From assembly GCA_023150835.1 (NCBI GenBank), contig JAKLKB010000004.1, positions 62,001 to 126,000 on the forward strand: 64,000 nt of DNA, read 5' to 3'. A model generated the notes under the pieces. It was not told where the DNA came from, made no database searches, and worked only from the letters and a program-made list of their open reading frames with translations. The stretch is from Myxococcota bacterium. Its GTDB lineage: Bacteria > Myxococcota_C > UBA6777. Made by a program: the position numbers and the translations under genes. Numbering within the stretch: the first letter of the stretch is position 1; every line of letters begins with the position of its first letter. Shown piece by piece: positions 1 to 9,670 of the stretch.

Positions 1-22
1 AAGCATGGAGAGAGAGGTAAGG

Positions 23-2410
23 ATGCTGTTTTCCCGTCGATCTTGGTTGCCCGTATTGCTATGGCTAGGGCCTGTGTTTGTCTTTGCGGGCGGACTCAAG
101 GTGTGGAAGTTGCTGCGTGTGGATGATGCTGCTCATCTGTTGGTTCTTTTTGAAGGCTTGCGTTGGGATATCGTCTTCTTTCTTTTGCTTTCGCTGACTT
201 TTCTTGTGTTGCTCGAAGAGATGGCTCGTTGGCGCGGCTACCTGCTGTTCTTGTTGGCCGTCTTGTCGCAGTGTTTGATGCTGCTTGCGGGTACAGAACA
301 CGGCTTCTTTATGATCACAGGCACTCCGGGGGATTGGTTCTTGTTGCAGTACGGGATGCGCAGTCTGGCCGATCCTGCAACCGTTCAAGTCTTTATCAAC
401 CAAGCCAAAGGGCCGCGTATCCTCTTGTTGCTCTTGCCACCGATGTTTCTGTTCTTGCCGATATGGTGGATGCGGCGACCCAAGATCGCAGCGTGGTTAC
501 ACGCAACGGTTCACAAAGACACGCAACATCCAAGTTGGTTCTTTTGTCTGAGCCTCACTATCGGCCTTGCTTGTGCGACGTTGCCCGAACAACAGTTGCG
601 CGGTGATCTTCAAACGCTCTCTCAAAATCTCTACGTCCGCATCGTTGGGGGGATGTTTGAGTATCTGTTCCAAGAAGAACCTGACATCGACCCTGTGGGT
701 TCAAAAAGCCCGCTGTTCCAAGGCGAGCGCTTGCGCCTCTTTCCCACCGCCCGCACCCAAAAGAAAAATGTCGTCTTTGTCCTTCTCGAATCCCAACGCG
801 CCCGCTCCCTCACCCCCTACAGATCCCTCGTTCCAAGGCATCCCTACGAACCCAAGCTCGAAACCACCCCTTTCCTCGCTTCCATCGCCAAAGAAAGCTG
901 GCTCGCAGAACATCTTTCCGCCATCGTCCCCCACACCTCCAAAGCTCTTGTCCCGATCTTGTGCGGAATCTACCCAAAAATAAACGTCGATATCGATGAA
1001 GGAGAACGCAACGGCATCCCCTCACGCTGTCTCCCTACCCTTTTGAAACAAGTCGGCTATCGTAGCGCTTTTTTCCAATCTGCAACCAACCTTTTTGAAA
1101 ATCGCGCACAGATGGTCGCCAATATGGGCTTTGATATCTTGCGCGGCCACGAAGATCTCGACGAACGCGGCTTTGCCAAAACCAACTACTTTGGTTATGA
1201 AGATCGCATCATGCTTCAACCCAGCCTTCGTTGGATCGACCAAAACCGCCAGCGCCCTTTTCTGATGACCTATCTGCTGTTGGTTTCACACCACACTTAC
1301 ACGACTCCCCCCCGATTTCGTAAAAAACACTATACGAATAGCCGCGATCCTGAACTAAACGATTATTATAATTCACTTTTTTATGTCGATGAATTCTTGC
1401 GCGATTTATTCGATGGATTCAAAAAGCGCGGTATGCTCAAAGATACGGTCTTTGTTTTTGTGGGCGATCACGGCGAAGCCTTCGGCGAGCATGGCCGCCG
1501 TCAACACGACAACATCCTGTGGGAAGAGGGGATCCGCATCCCTGCGTGGATCTACGCGCCAAGCCTGATCACACGGCCCAAACAGATCCAAGGGCGCCGA
1601 AGTCAGATCGACCTTGTGCCGACTGTACTGGACTTGCTTGGGCTAGAAGTTCGCGACGGAAAGCTGCCCGGGTTTAGTCTCGCCAAGCCCGTCGAGGCAT
1701 CACGTCCGATCTTCCACAGTTGTTGGTATGAGCATCAGTGTATGGCCTTGCGCGAGGGGGATTACAAATACATCTACCACTACAAGCATCGGCCTTGGGA
1801 GGTGTACGATATCTCCAAAGATCCGCTCGAACAAAGAAATCTGTTTTTTCAAAAAGGCTTTGATCGCAATCCTTTAGAAGAGATCGAGAAACGCCTCTTG
1901 CGTTGGAAAGCCGAAGTCAACCGCATCTACCAAAAAGCCGACAAAGCACGCATCGTTCGTGTTGTTTCGCCGACCATGCCGCGTTTTCAAAAAGCCGTGG
2001 GCGTGGCCTTTGGCGATTATGCTCGTATCGTCGGGTATTCGTTGGCTTCCCCCACCGTCAAAGCAGGGGAAACCCTTCGCATCACTTACATATTTGAAGC
2101 ATTACGCCCCATCCCCGCAAAGTGGAACCTGTTTTTTCACATCGAAACCACACGACCTTTCCACTTTATCAACGGCGATCACAACCCCGCTGGCGGCGTC
2201 CTTACGCCGAATCGCTGGAAGCCGGGGACTTACATCCTCGACGAGCAAGAGATCCACGTCCCCGCCGATCAAGCGGTAGGTTCCGCCGTCAACGTCTTCC
2301 TCGGGATGTGGTCCGAACAAGACGGGCGCCTTGGCTACCGAGATCTCGGGCGCTACCGCACGGATAGCAAAAAGCGCCTGTTGTTGGTTTCCGTACCTGT
2401 GGTGCGCTAA
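23..2410 (+). CDS. LTA-synthase-like (alkaline phosphatase superfamily) sulfatase with N-terminal TM helices and C-terminal Ig-like domain
   Basis: About 5 hydrophobic N-terminal segments; NVVFVLLES metal motif, PHTSKAL (Thr nucleophile position), SHH and GDHGE motifs. Start taken at ATG 23 after GAGG; the ORF track starts at 5. Confidence 0.85.
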   Translation: MLFSRRSWLPVLLWLGPVFVFAGGLKVWKLLRVDDAAHLLVLFEGLRWDIVFFLLLSLTFLVLLEEMARWRGYLLFLLAVLSQCLMLLAGTEHGFFMITGTPGDWFLLQYGMRSLADPATVQVFINQAKGPRILLLLLPPMFLFLPIWWMRRPKIAAWLHATVHKDTQHPSWFFCLSLTIGLACATLPEQQLRGDLQTLSQNLYVRIVGGMFEYLFQEEPDIDPVGSKSPLFQGERLRLFPTARTQKKNVVFVLLESQRARSLTPYRSLVPRHPYEPKLETTPFLASIAKESWLAEHLSAIVPHTSKALVPILCGIYPKINVDIDEGERNGIPSRCLPTLLKQVGYRSAFFQSATNLFENRAQMVANMGFDILRGHEDLDERGFAKTNYFGYEDRIMLQPSLRWIDQNRQRPFLMTYLLLVSHHTYTTPPRFRKKHYTNSRDPELNDYYNSLFYVDEFLRDLFDGFKKRGMLKDTVFVFVGDHGEAFGEHGRRQHDNILWEEGIRIPAWIYAPSLITRPKQIQGRRSQIDLVPTVLDLLGLEVRDGKLPGFSLAKPVEASRPIFHSCWYEHQCMALREGDYKYIYHYKHRPWEVYDISKDPLEQRNLFFQKGFDRNPLEEIEKRLLRWKAEVNRIYQKADKARIVRVVSPTMPRFQKAVGVAFGDYARIVGYSLASPTVKAGETLRITYIFEALRPIPAKWNLFFHIETTRPFHFINGDHNPAGGVLTPNRWKPGTYILDEQEIHVPADQAVGSAVNVFLGMWSEQDGRLGYRDLGRYRTDSKKRLLLVSVPVVR

Positions 2411-2416
2411 TCTTTC

Positions 2417-2555
2417 GCTGACGTCGATCAAGGTATCGCCGACATCTCCGAGATTTCCAGCCGCGTGGACATCGCTCTAGAATCTTAGCTGACGTTGATC
2501 AAGGTATACCCGACATTTCCGGGGTTTCCAGCCGCGTTGATATCGCTCCAGAAGC
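2417..2555. repeat. Diverged tandem duplication (68 bp, 71-bp period) of the 3' end of the 2485-5235 gene
   Basis: 2417-2484 vs 2488-2555 align without gaps at 58/68 identity by hand. Confidence 0.9.
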
Positions 2556-5235
2556 GACGGAAGGTCTCGGGTGGCATGGTCTGACAGCCTGCGCTGCCTG
2601 TGTTGCTGCTGCCGCCTGCGTGGAACAACATACTCTGTCCAGCGCTTGCATAAGCATTGTCGTTGAACAGGCCGTCTTGATTGGTGTCGCGTTCTGCGTT
2701 GGTAGAACGAGTGGGGCGCAGGACGTTGCCAAGCGTCGAGGAATAATCTTTGGTGTACTCATAATAACCTGCGGGCAGGCGGCCTTGGTCAAGGCGGCCA
2801 TCACCGTTGACATCCACGCCCATACGTCCGCGATATTGGGCGCTTGGCTCGGTGTTAGAATCGTACTCTTTGACATGCTTACGACCACTCGAATCGGTCC
2901 ACATCATGTAGGTCTTGTCGTCGTAGCGGCCTTTTCCGTTGTTGATATCGGCGTCGGTTTGACGACGCAACGAGATGATGTTGCGCTTGTTTGGCGAAGA
3001 GTTGATCTTGCCGCCGTTGGCCTCAGCCAATGCCTTGAGATAGTCGTAGCGTTGGGACTCGTTGCTCATCCCCATCAGATCGCGGATCGCGGTGTTTTTG
3101 TTGACTTCGGGGTTTGGTTGGTTCGGGTCGGTCGGCTGCGTTGGGTTTGTCGGCGTGGGGTTGCTGTTTTGGATCGAAGCATTGCGGTTGCTCGCGAGGT
3201 TATTGATATTCAGCCCAAGGCTCTCCGTGAAACGTGATGCGCCATCCCATGTACCATCCGAATTTTTGTAAGCAGCGTTGATCATATCTTGGTTGGTTTT
3301 GACATCAGGATGTTGCGCAAGGAAGTTTCCAAGAGGCGTTGTCGGCTGTGTCGGCTGTGTCGGCTGTGTCGGCTGTGTCGGCTGTGTCGTATTGCGCGGG
3401 AGAGTTGCGTTGCGATGGCTTGCGAGATCGTTGAGATTCAAGCCCAGACCTTGGGTGAAACGCGATGCGCCGTCCCATGAACCGTCCGAATTTTTGTAAG
3501 CGGCGTTGATCATATCTTGGTTGGTTTTCACGTCGGGATGTTGTGCAAGAAAGCCATCCAAGGGAGACTGCGGGGTTGGCTGCGTGGGAGTCGTCGGCTG
3601 TGTGGGTTGTGTGGGAGCCGTCGGCTGTGTGGGTTGTGTATTTTGAGGCGCACTTTTGGCGAGTTGTTCCTGAGCGATAGGAAGAAGTGTATCCCAACGC
3701 AAGAGTCCTTCTTTACGAGAAGCAGGAACATTGATGATGCGACCTCCCGGCCCGACGCTGGTTCCACCGGGATGGAGGGGGTGAGGATTGGAATCGGAGG
3801 GGTTCAACATCCATCCCGATCCGCGTTCATTGGCAGCACGCCCTGCTCCCGGGCCTGCGATATAAGAAAGCGCGGTTCCGGCGATCTCGCCTTGGTTCAT
3901 CTTGCCGTCGACTTGGATGCCTGCGTAGCGAGCGTTGCGCTTGAGATGTTCGGCGGCGATCACGGCGCTTTGGAGGGTGGAGCGTTCGGAGCCTGTGCCG
4001 CGTTCCCACGTTCCGAGGCCATGTTTGGCGAGTTGCTCGTTGCCCCATTGGTCCGAAACATAGCGCGGATCGAGGCCAAAGCCTGATTCTGGTCCGTGTG
4101 TGGAGGCGCGATACGTCCCAAACTGCGACTCATTCCCGTGAAGGGCTGCGACCATCTCCGCAGGAACGCCCGTCAGTTCGGAGGCTTTGCGATAAGCATC
4201 TGCATGTTTGGGGATCTGCGTTTCGGCAAGTTTTCCAAGAGAAGAGGCTTTTGCGCGGCGAAGTGCTTCGGCATTGGTATGAAAGGTCAGTTCGCTTTTG
4301 ATGCCCTGTGCGCCTCCAGTCGCCAGATTGAGCTTTTGCTCAAGAGCCGAAAAGGTGGTTGGTCCCATCTTTCCCGTCTGTTCGATGTTGTTGGCGGCTT
4401 GGAAGTTTTTGAGCGCGGTTTCGGTGGTCGGACCGAATTGGCCGTTGGCTTCGACACCAAAGCCAGCTTTGGTCAAAGCGCGTTGCATATCGTACACAGC
4501 GGCACCTGCATCGCCTTGTTCAAGAACTTTTCCATGACCAACGGTGTGGCGCAAAGCTTCTGCATTCGGACGTTCCGCAGCTTCTGCTTGTTTAAGGGCT
4601 TGCAGCGTGGTGGGTCCCAATTGTCCTGTCTGTTGGACGTTGTGTTGTTTTTGAAAGGCTTGTAGTTCGCGTTCCGTACCGGGGCCGAATTTGCCGTCCA
4701 CTTTAGCGCTGTAACCCAATTGGCTCAGGCGATCTTGGAGCTGCTCCACAGGTTTGCCGCCTTGGCCGCGTTGCATCACCGCACCATTGAGGACATCTCC
4801 TAGGCTTGGGGCTGGTGCGTAACCATCAGGAACGCCCGCTGCTGTCGCCAGATTCGTTGGGATCGCGTTTGTGTTGTTGGTTGAATCGGGTGGGACGGCT
4901 CCCGTGTTTTCTGCGCTGATCGTCGTACGTGGGATGCTGCGCGGGCTGCTGTTGGCGGCTGTACTGGCCGGAGCTGCGGCGAGATCGGGACTTGCGACTT
5001 CTCGCGTCAGGGTGGGGCGTGGAGCGGCTTCTGTACCCCGTTGCAGTGCGGCGCTGGCGTCTGCAAGCGATTCGGTGGTCGCGGGGGCTGCGGGCGCTGC
5101 GCTGCTTGGGGCGGTTGTGGCCGTCGGGGCAGCGCTGCTGGAAGTCGCCGCAGGAGTGGGCGTTGTGGCCTTGGAAGCGGCTGGCTTCTCTTGGGGCGGT
5201 TGGATCGGGGTGTTGCGGTTTTGATCGATCTTCAT
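2485..5235 (-). CDS. Multidomain peptidoglycan-active protein: 2x PG-binding, lysozyme/SLT-like domain, 2 internal repeats, C-terminal His/Cys (L,D-transpeptidase-like) domain
   Basis: Two LQ..L...G....DG.FGP.T..AL..FQ repeats; YRKASELTGVPAEMVAALHGNESQFG (SLT-like Glu); QPT linkers; C-terminal FHAGG..TGSAGCQT. Start MKIDQN follows ACAGGAG. Confidence 0.75.
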   Translation of the reverse strand: MKIDQNRNTPIQPPQEKPAASKATTPTPAATSSSAAPTATTAPSSAAPAAPATTESLADASAALQRGTEAAPRPTLTREVASPDLAAAPASTAANSSPRSIPRTTISAENTGAVPPDSTNNTNAIPTNLATAAGVPDGYAPAPSLGDVLNGAVMQRGQGGKPVEQLQDRLSQLGYSAKVDGKFGPGTERELQAFQKQHNVQQTGQLGPTTLQALKQAEAAERPNAEALRHTVGHGKVLEQGDAGAAVYDMQRALTKAGFGVEANGQFGPTTETALKNFQAANNIEQTGKMGPTTFSALEQKLNLATGGAQGIKSELTFHTNAEALRRAKASSLGKLAETQIPKHADAYRKASELTGVPAEMVAALHGNESQFGTYRASTHGPESGFGLDPRYVSDQWGNEQLAKHGLGTWERGTGSERSTLQSAVIAAEHLKRNARYAGIQVDGKMNQGEIAGTALSYIAGPGAGRAANERGSGWMLNPSDSNPHPLHPGGTSVGPGGRIINVPASRKEGLLRWDTLLPIAQEQLAKSAPQNTQPTQPTAPTQPTQPTTPTQPTPQSPLDGFLAQHPDVKTNQDMINAAYKNSDGSWDGASRFTQGLGLNLNDLASHRNATLPRNTTQPTQPTQPTQPTQPTTPLGNFLAQHPDVKTNQDMINAAYKNSDGTWDGASRFTESLGLNINNLASNRNASIQNSNPTPTNPTQPTDPNQPNPEVNKNTAIRDLMGMSNESQRYDYLKALAEANGGKINSSPNKRNIISLRRQTDADINNGKGRYDDKTYMMWTDSSGRKHVKEYDSNTEPSAQYRGRMGVDVNGDGRLDQGRLPAGYYEYTKDYSSTLGNVLRPTRSTNAERDTNQDGLFNDNAYASAGQSMLFHAGGSSNTGSAGCQTMPPETFRRFWSDINAAGNPGNVGYTLINVS

Positions 5236-5512
5236 CCTGAATACTCCTGTTGTCCGTAAGGCGGCGAGTCCTCTCGCCTGAATCATGGGCCTTCTTCATT
5301 GATTGTTTTCGTCACTGCGTTCAAAAATGTTTCTTTGCTTTTCAAGGGCTTATTTGTGTTCCTATCCAAAAACAAGGAGATGCCTTTGCAAAATTGAACA
5401 CGTTCTATTTCTGCTCGCCCGCATTCTGCGTTCGTGCGTGATCGTTTGTGGCGATCATGTGTCGACTCGGCCTCGGTTTTGCCATCCTTTTTGTTTCCGT
5501 CCCCCCATCCAC

Positions 5513-5534
5513 TTGTCACCCTTGCGTCAAACTT
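5513..5534 (+). promoter_or_regulatory. PHO-box-like direct repeat (GTCA-N7-GTCA) upstream of the TonB operon
   Basis: ttGTCAc-cctt-gcGTCAa-actt with an 11-bp period, ~150 bp upstream of the lipoprotein start. The motif is short and could be chance. Confidence 0.35.
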
Positions 5535-5684
5535 GGCCTCTATGTTTCGCGCCGAAAAAAGAGAGCATCCTGAAGTCCTTTGATTTTGGATGGTTTTTCG
5601 CGTGTTGTGCAAGCCATGTGCGGCGATCCTTGATCATGGAGCAAGCAAAAAGCTTTGCGACATAAACCAAAAGGAGCAAGCAAG

Positions 5685-7106
5685 ATGAAAGCATTTTCTG
5701 GTATGAGATGGCTGTCTTTTGTGAGTATCTTGTGTTTTTTGTACGGAACTACTTTGACTGGATGTCCGGCAACGACGAACACGGAAAAGACCAGCGAACC
5801 GACAGGCGATGGGGGCAATCATCCCGACGGTTCAGGCGGGCGCACGGTCAACGAAAACTGCAACGGAAAGATCTGCACCCTTGAGGGCAAATACACCAAC
5901 GATATCGAACTGAAAGCCGATACAGAATACCTCATCAAAGGCGGCGTCTTTATCGGCCAAGACAGCAAAGATCCGAGCGGCGAGATCAAGGCCACCCTCA
6001 AGATCGAAGCAGGGACCAAGATCTATGCGGATACTGCAACCAAAACCTTTTTGACCGTCGTGCGCGGTTCCAAGATCCTCGCCGAAGGAACGAAAGAAAA
6101 GCCGATCATCTTCACTTCAGCCGCCGAAAAAGGCAAACGCGCCCCCGGTGACTGGGGCGGGATCATCCTCAACGGCAAGGCCAAACTCAACGCCGGAAAA
6201 GAAGCCGAAGGAGAAGGCGGCACAGGCTTTTATGGCGGCGAAGACGATGCCGACAACAGCGGCACTTTGCGCTATGTTCGCATCGAATACGGCGGAAAAC
6301 AGATCACAGGAACCAACGAACTCAATGGCCTCGCGCTCCAAGGCGTCGGCAGCGCAACCACCCTCGAATATATCCAGATCCACATGACAAAAGATGACTG
6401 TATCGAATTCTTCGGTGGTACGGTCAACTTCAAGTACATCCTCTGTACAGGAACGCAAGACGATGGATTAGACTGGACGCAAGGATGGCGTGGAAAAGGT
6501 CAGTTTTTTGTCAGCCAGTTTTACAAAAACGCCGGAAATCACGGCATCGAAGCCGATAACCTCGAAGACGACAACACCGCAACACCACGTTCCAAACCGA
6601 TACTCTCGAATCTGACGTTTATCGGCCACCCTGAATCCGCCGAAGAAGGCTCTGGGATGCTGTTGCGTCGCGGAACAGGGGCCAATATCTCGAATGCGGT
6701 CGTGGTGGGATGGAAAACCTCTTGCTTTACACTAGACAGCCCAGAAACGTTCAAAAATGCGTGGAACAACGGAAAGTTAAGCGGCGATCTCACTGTCACA
6801 AACTCTTACTTTTCTTGCGCAAAACTCGTCAGCGAACCCAAGCCCGACAAAGTCCCCTCCCCCGAATTCAAAGTCGAAGAATTTCTCAAAGCCCTCAACA
6901 GCGACAACAAAACAGACGATCCGATGCTGACGTATGATCCCGCCCAAGACAAAGCACCGGGTTGGCTGCCCAAAGAAGGCTCGCCTGTACTTTCCGGAGC
7001 CAAGATCCCAAGCGATGGCTTTTTCAAACAAGTCTCCTTTGTGGGAGGCGTCGGTCGCGGCGCAGACGATTGGACCCAAGGCTGGACCACCCACGAAGAA
7101 AACTAA
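5685..7106 (+). CDS. Surface lipoprotein, beta-helix-like, of the type encoded beside TonB-dependent receptors
   Basis: Lipobox LTGC; motifs GTKEKPIIFTS, GDWGGIIL, DNSGTLRYVRIEYGG, DDCIEFFGG, GIEADN and C-terminal WTQGWT; AAGGAG RBS. Confidence 0.8.
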   Translation: MKAFSGMRWLSFVSILCFLYGTTLTGCPATTNTEKTSEPTGDGGNHPDGSGGRTVNENCNGKICTLEGKYTNDIELKADTEYLIKGGVFIGQDSKDPSGEIKATLKIEAGTKIYADTATKTFLTVVRGSKILAEGTKEKPIIFTSAAEKGKRAPGDWGGIILNGKAKLNAGKEAEGEGGTGFYGGEDDADNSGTLRYVRIEYGGKQITGTNELNGLALQGVGSATTLEYIQIHMTKDDCIEFFGGTVNFKYILCTGTQDDGLDWTQGWRGKGQFFVSQFYKNAGNHGIEADNLEDDNTATPRSKPILSNLTFIGHPESAEEGSGMLLRRGTGANISNAVVVGWKTSCFTLDSPETFKNAWNNGKLSGDLTVTNSYFSCAKLVSEPKPDKVPSPEFKVEEFLKALNSDNKTDDPMLTYDPAQDKAPGWLPKEGSPVLSGAKIPSDGFFKQVSFVGGVGRGADDWTQGWTTHEEN

Positions 7107-7115
7107 ACACCACGA

Positions 7116-7139
7116 AAAAGGCGCCCACAAGCGCCTTTT
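7116..7139 (+). terminator. Intra-operon hairpin / weak intrinsic terminator
   Basis: AAAAGGCGC-ccacaa-GCGCCTTTT, 10 bp after the lipoprotein stop. Confidence 0.65.
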
Positions 7140-7167
7140 GTCGTTTTGCAGCAGAGCACAAAAACAA

Positions 7168-7932
7168 ATGATACAGCTTCGTCGATGGGTGTGTGGCAGT
7201 GTGTGGCTCTATGGATTGTTCTATTTTTTCCTGCGATCTCAAGCTTTTGCAGAAAGCTCTTTGGCGGTCGAATTGGCTCGACTTCGCGGTGAAGTGGAAG
7301 CCTTGGCAAGCCAAATCGAAGAAAAAAAAGAACATGTGCGCAATCAATTGCGCTCTTTGTCGATGCAACGAAGCGCGCTGGCACTCTCGCTTGACAAAGA
7401 GCGTTTGCGCTTGCGTGCGTTGATGCGACAAATCTCGACACAACGGGCGCGGGTGGCCTCTTCGAAAAAAGAAAGCGAAGAACTTGTATCGGTCGCCAAA
7501 CAAGCCGCCGCTCTTCTTCAAGCACAGATCGCTCGCTCTTTGCCTTTTCGTCTAAAAGAACGTACAGAAGTGATCGAACAAATCCAAAAACAACTTCAGC
7601 TCAAGCTGATCACTTCGCACCAAGCACTCGCTCGACTTTGGCAGGCCGCAGAAGATGAACTGCGGCTTGGCAAAGAAAACGGCCTTTACAACCAGACGAT
7701 CACGCTTGAGGGAAAGGCTCGTCTTGTTCAAGTGGCACGGTTGGGCATGATCTTGTTGTTCTTTAAGACACGCGACGGACGCTATGGAGCCGCCCAGCAA
7801 AAAGGGCAGACGTGGGTCTTTGAAACCTTCCGCTCTCCAGAACAAAACAAACAGGTCGAGGCGCTGTTTGATGGCCTCAAAAAGCAGATCCGATCGGGCT
7901 TTTGGACGATCCCAGACATCTTGCCGCGTTGA
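7168..7932 (+). CDS. DUF3450-family periplasmic coiled-coil protein (TtpB-like)
   Basis: Signal peptide ending AFA, coiled coil, SLPFRLKER and RLGMILLFF motifs; position directly before the long ExbB. Confidence 0.75.
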   Translation: MIQLRRWVCGSVWLYGLFYFFLRSQAFAESSLAVELARLRGEVEALASQIEEKKEHVRNQLRSLSMQRSALALSLDKERLRLRALMRQISTQRARVASSKKESEELVSVAKQAAALLQAQIARSLPFRLKERTEVIEQIQKQLQLKLITSHQALARLWQAAEDELRLGKENGLYNQTITLEGKARLVQVARLGMILLFFKTRDGRYGAAQQKGQTWVFETFRSPEQNKQVEALFDGLKKQIRSGFWTIPDILPR

Positions 7933-7964
7933 GGCAAGGGCGCAAATAGAGAGGAAAGATCGAG

Positions 7965-9428
7965 ATGCGGCGTAGTGCCTTGGTGTGGTGTGGTTGGATG
8001 GGATGGTGTCTTGTGTTCGTCTTTTCCCAGAAAGCCTACGCAGAAGATGCCTTAACAGAAGCATACAAAAAAGAGTTTGCTTTTTTACAAGCGCAGAAAA
8101 CATCTCTTCAAAAACGACTGTTTCAATTAGAAAAAACCTCCGAACAACGTCTCCGCCAAACCAAGGCACGCATCCTCCAAGCCCAAGGGCAACTGTTGCA
8201 CGCTCAAGAACAAGTCGGAAAACTCCAGCAAGCCTTGCAGATGGCCGAGCAATCGGCTCAAAAAGTCGACGAACAAAAAGAGCAACGCGACAAGATCACA
8301 GAGCGCGGCTTGTTGGCTCTACGCGAGGGCGGGCTTGCGATCGACGAAGACGCCCAAAAGCAGAAAACACAAGAAGCCCTCTGGATCGAGATCTTCCGCC
8401 GTGTGTCCTTGCTGCTTGATCGACAAGGGCAAATACGCAAAGAAAAAAGCCGATTTTTCTTACGCGATGGAACCCAAGACACAGGGGATCTGATCCACCT
8501 CGGCCAGATCGCCAGTTTCGCCATCAGCCCACGCTTTCAGGGCGCGCTGGCTCCCGCAGGCGGAGGCCAACTCAAAGTCTGGCCTCAAGATGCCGCCACC
8601 ACCGCGCAAGCTCTGTTTAAAAATTTGCAAACCAAAGACATCAGTCTTTTTCTTTATGAGAATCGAGAAAAAGAAGCCCAGTGGAAAGAGCAACAAACTC
8701 TCTATGCGTGGCTCGATAGTGGCGGCAGCATCGCGTGGGTGATCGTTTGGTTGGGGGCTGCGGGTGCGCTTTTGTTGTTGTTGCGCCTGTTGATCTTGGG
8801 GTGGGCCACGATCCACATCCCCTCTTTGCTGTACAAAGTCGAAGAACGTGTCTTACGCGGCGAAATCAAAGAAGCTTTAGAGATCGTGCGACGTTATCGC
8901 GGTCCTGTCGCAAGAGGATTGGAAACGACGCTGGTACACTTGGACAAACCACGCAGCCAAGTCGAAGAACAATTCGACGAGTGTATGTTGCGCGAAGCCC
9001 CGAAGATCGAGCGATTTGGAACAGCGCTTGGCGTCACAGCAGCGGTGGCCCCGCTGCTTGGGCTTTTGGGAACTGTGACCGGGATGATCGCCACTTTCAA
9101 CGTCTTAACAGAACAAGGCGCAGGTGATCCCAAAGCCCTCGCAGGCGGCATCTCCGAAGCCTTGATCACAACAGAACTGGGCTTGCTCGTGGCGATCCCA
9201 GCTTTGTTGCTGGGCACCTTATTGTCGGGCTATGCTTCCCGTCTGCTCGGCCAGATGGAATGGGCCAGCCTCCATCTCCTTAACGCTATCCAAAATCAAG
9301 CCGCTTCTTTTCCTGAAACAACGATCGACCGAGAAGACTCCATCGATATAACAACAAGCCAAGAATCTTCTTTTGATCTGCCTTCCAAAGCCAAATCTTA
9401 TTCGCCAGATGCCTATGCTTCTTCTTGA
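7965..9428 (+). CDS. Long MotA/TolQ/ExbB proton-channel protein (TtpC-like)
   Basis: Signal peptide and periplasmic domain, then APLLGLLGTVTGMIATF and GGISEALITTELGL. Confidence 0.9.
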   Translation: MRRSALVWCGWMGWCLVFVFSQKAYAEDALTEAYKKEFAFLQAQKTSLQKRLFQLEKTSEQRLRQTKARILQAQGQLLHAQEQVGKLQQALQMAEQSAQKVDEQKEQRDKITERGLLALREGGLAIDEDAQKQKTQEALWIEIFRRVSLLLDRQGQIRKEKSRFFLRDGTQDTGDLIHLGQIASFAISPRFQGALAPAGGGQLKVWPQDAATTAQALFKNLQTKDISLFLYENREKEAQWKEQQTLYAWLDSGGSIAWVIVWLGAAGALLLLLRLLILGWATIHIPSLLYKVEERVLRGEIKEALEIVRRYRGPVARGLETTLVHLDKPRSQVEEQFDECMLREAPKIERFGTALGVTAAVAPLLGLLGTVTGMIATFNVLTEQGAGDPKALAGGISEALITTELGLLVAIPALLLGTLLSGYASRLLGQMEWASLHLLNAIQNQAASFPETTIDREDSIDITTSQESSFDLPSKAKSYSPDAYASS

Positions 9429-9438
9429 TAAAAACCTG

Positions 9439-9603
9439 ATGCAAAATCCGCAGACTGTGTGATCGGCATCTGTAGGGGCAGCCCCCCGTGGCTGCCCAAG
9501 AATAGGACATCGGTAGCGATATGCAAAATCCACAGGCTGTGTGATCGGCATCTGTAGGGGCAGCCCCCCGTGGCTGCCCAAGAATAGGACATCGATAGAA
9601 GAT
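9439..9603 (+). repeat. Two tandem partial copies (~82 bp) of hairpin element family C
   Basis: atgcaaaatcc..tgtgtgatcggcatctGTAGGGGCAGCCCCCCGTGGCTGCCCaagaataggacatcg occurs twice. Confidence 0.9.
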
Positions 9604-9670
9604 CTTGTCGACGTGAGTATCACACATTTCTCGGAAATCGTATTAATCTTAAAAAGAAAAGACCGAGAGC

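Noticed and set aside
2417-2555. Possible DGR template/variable repeat pair at a gene C-terminus
   Set aside because: The 10 mismatches are not confined to adenines of either copy on either strand, and there is no reverse transcriptase in the window.
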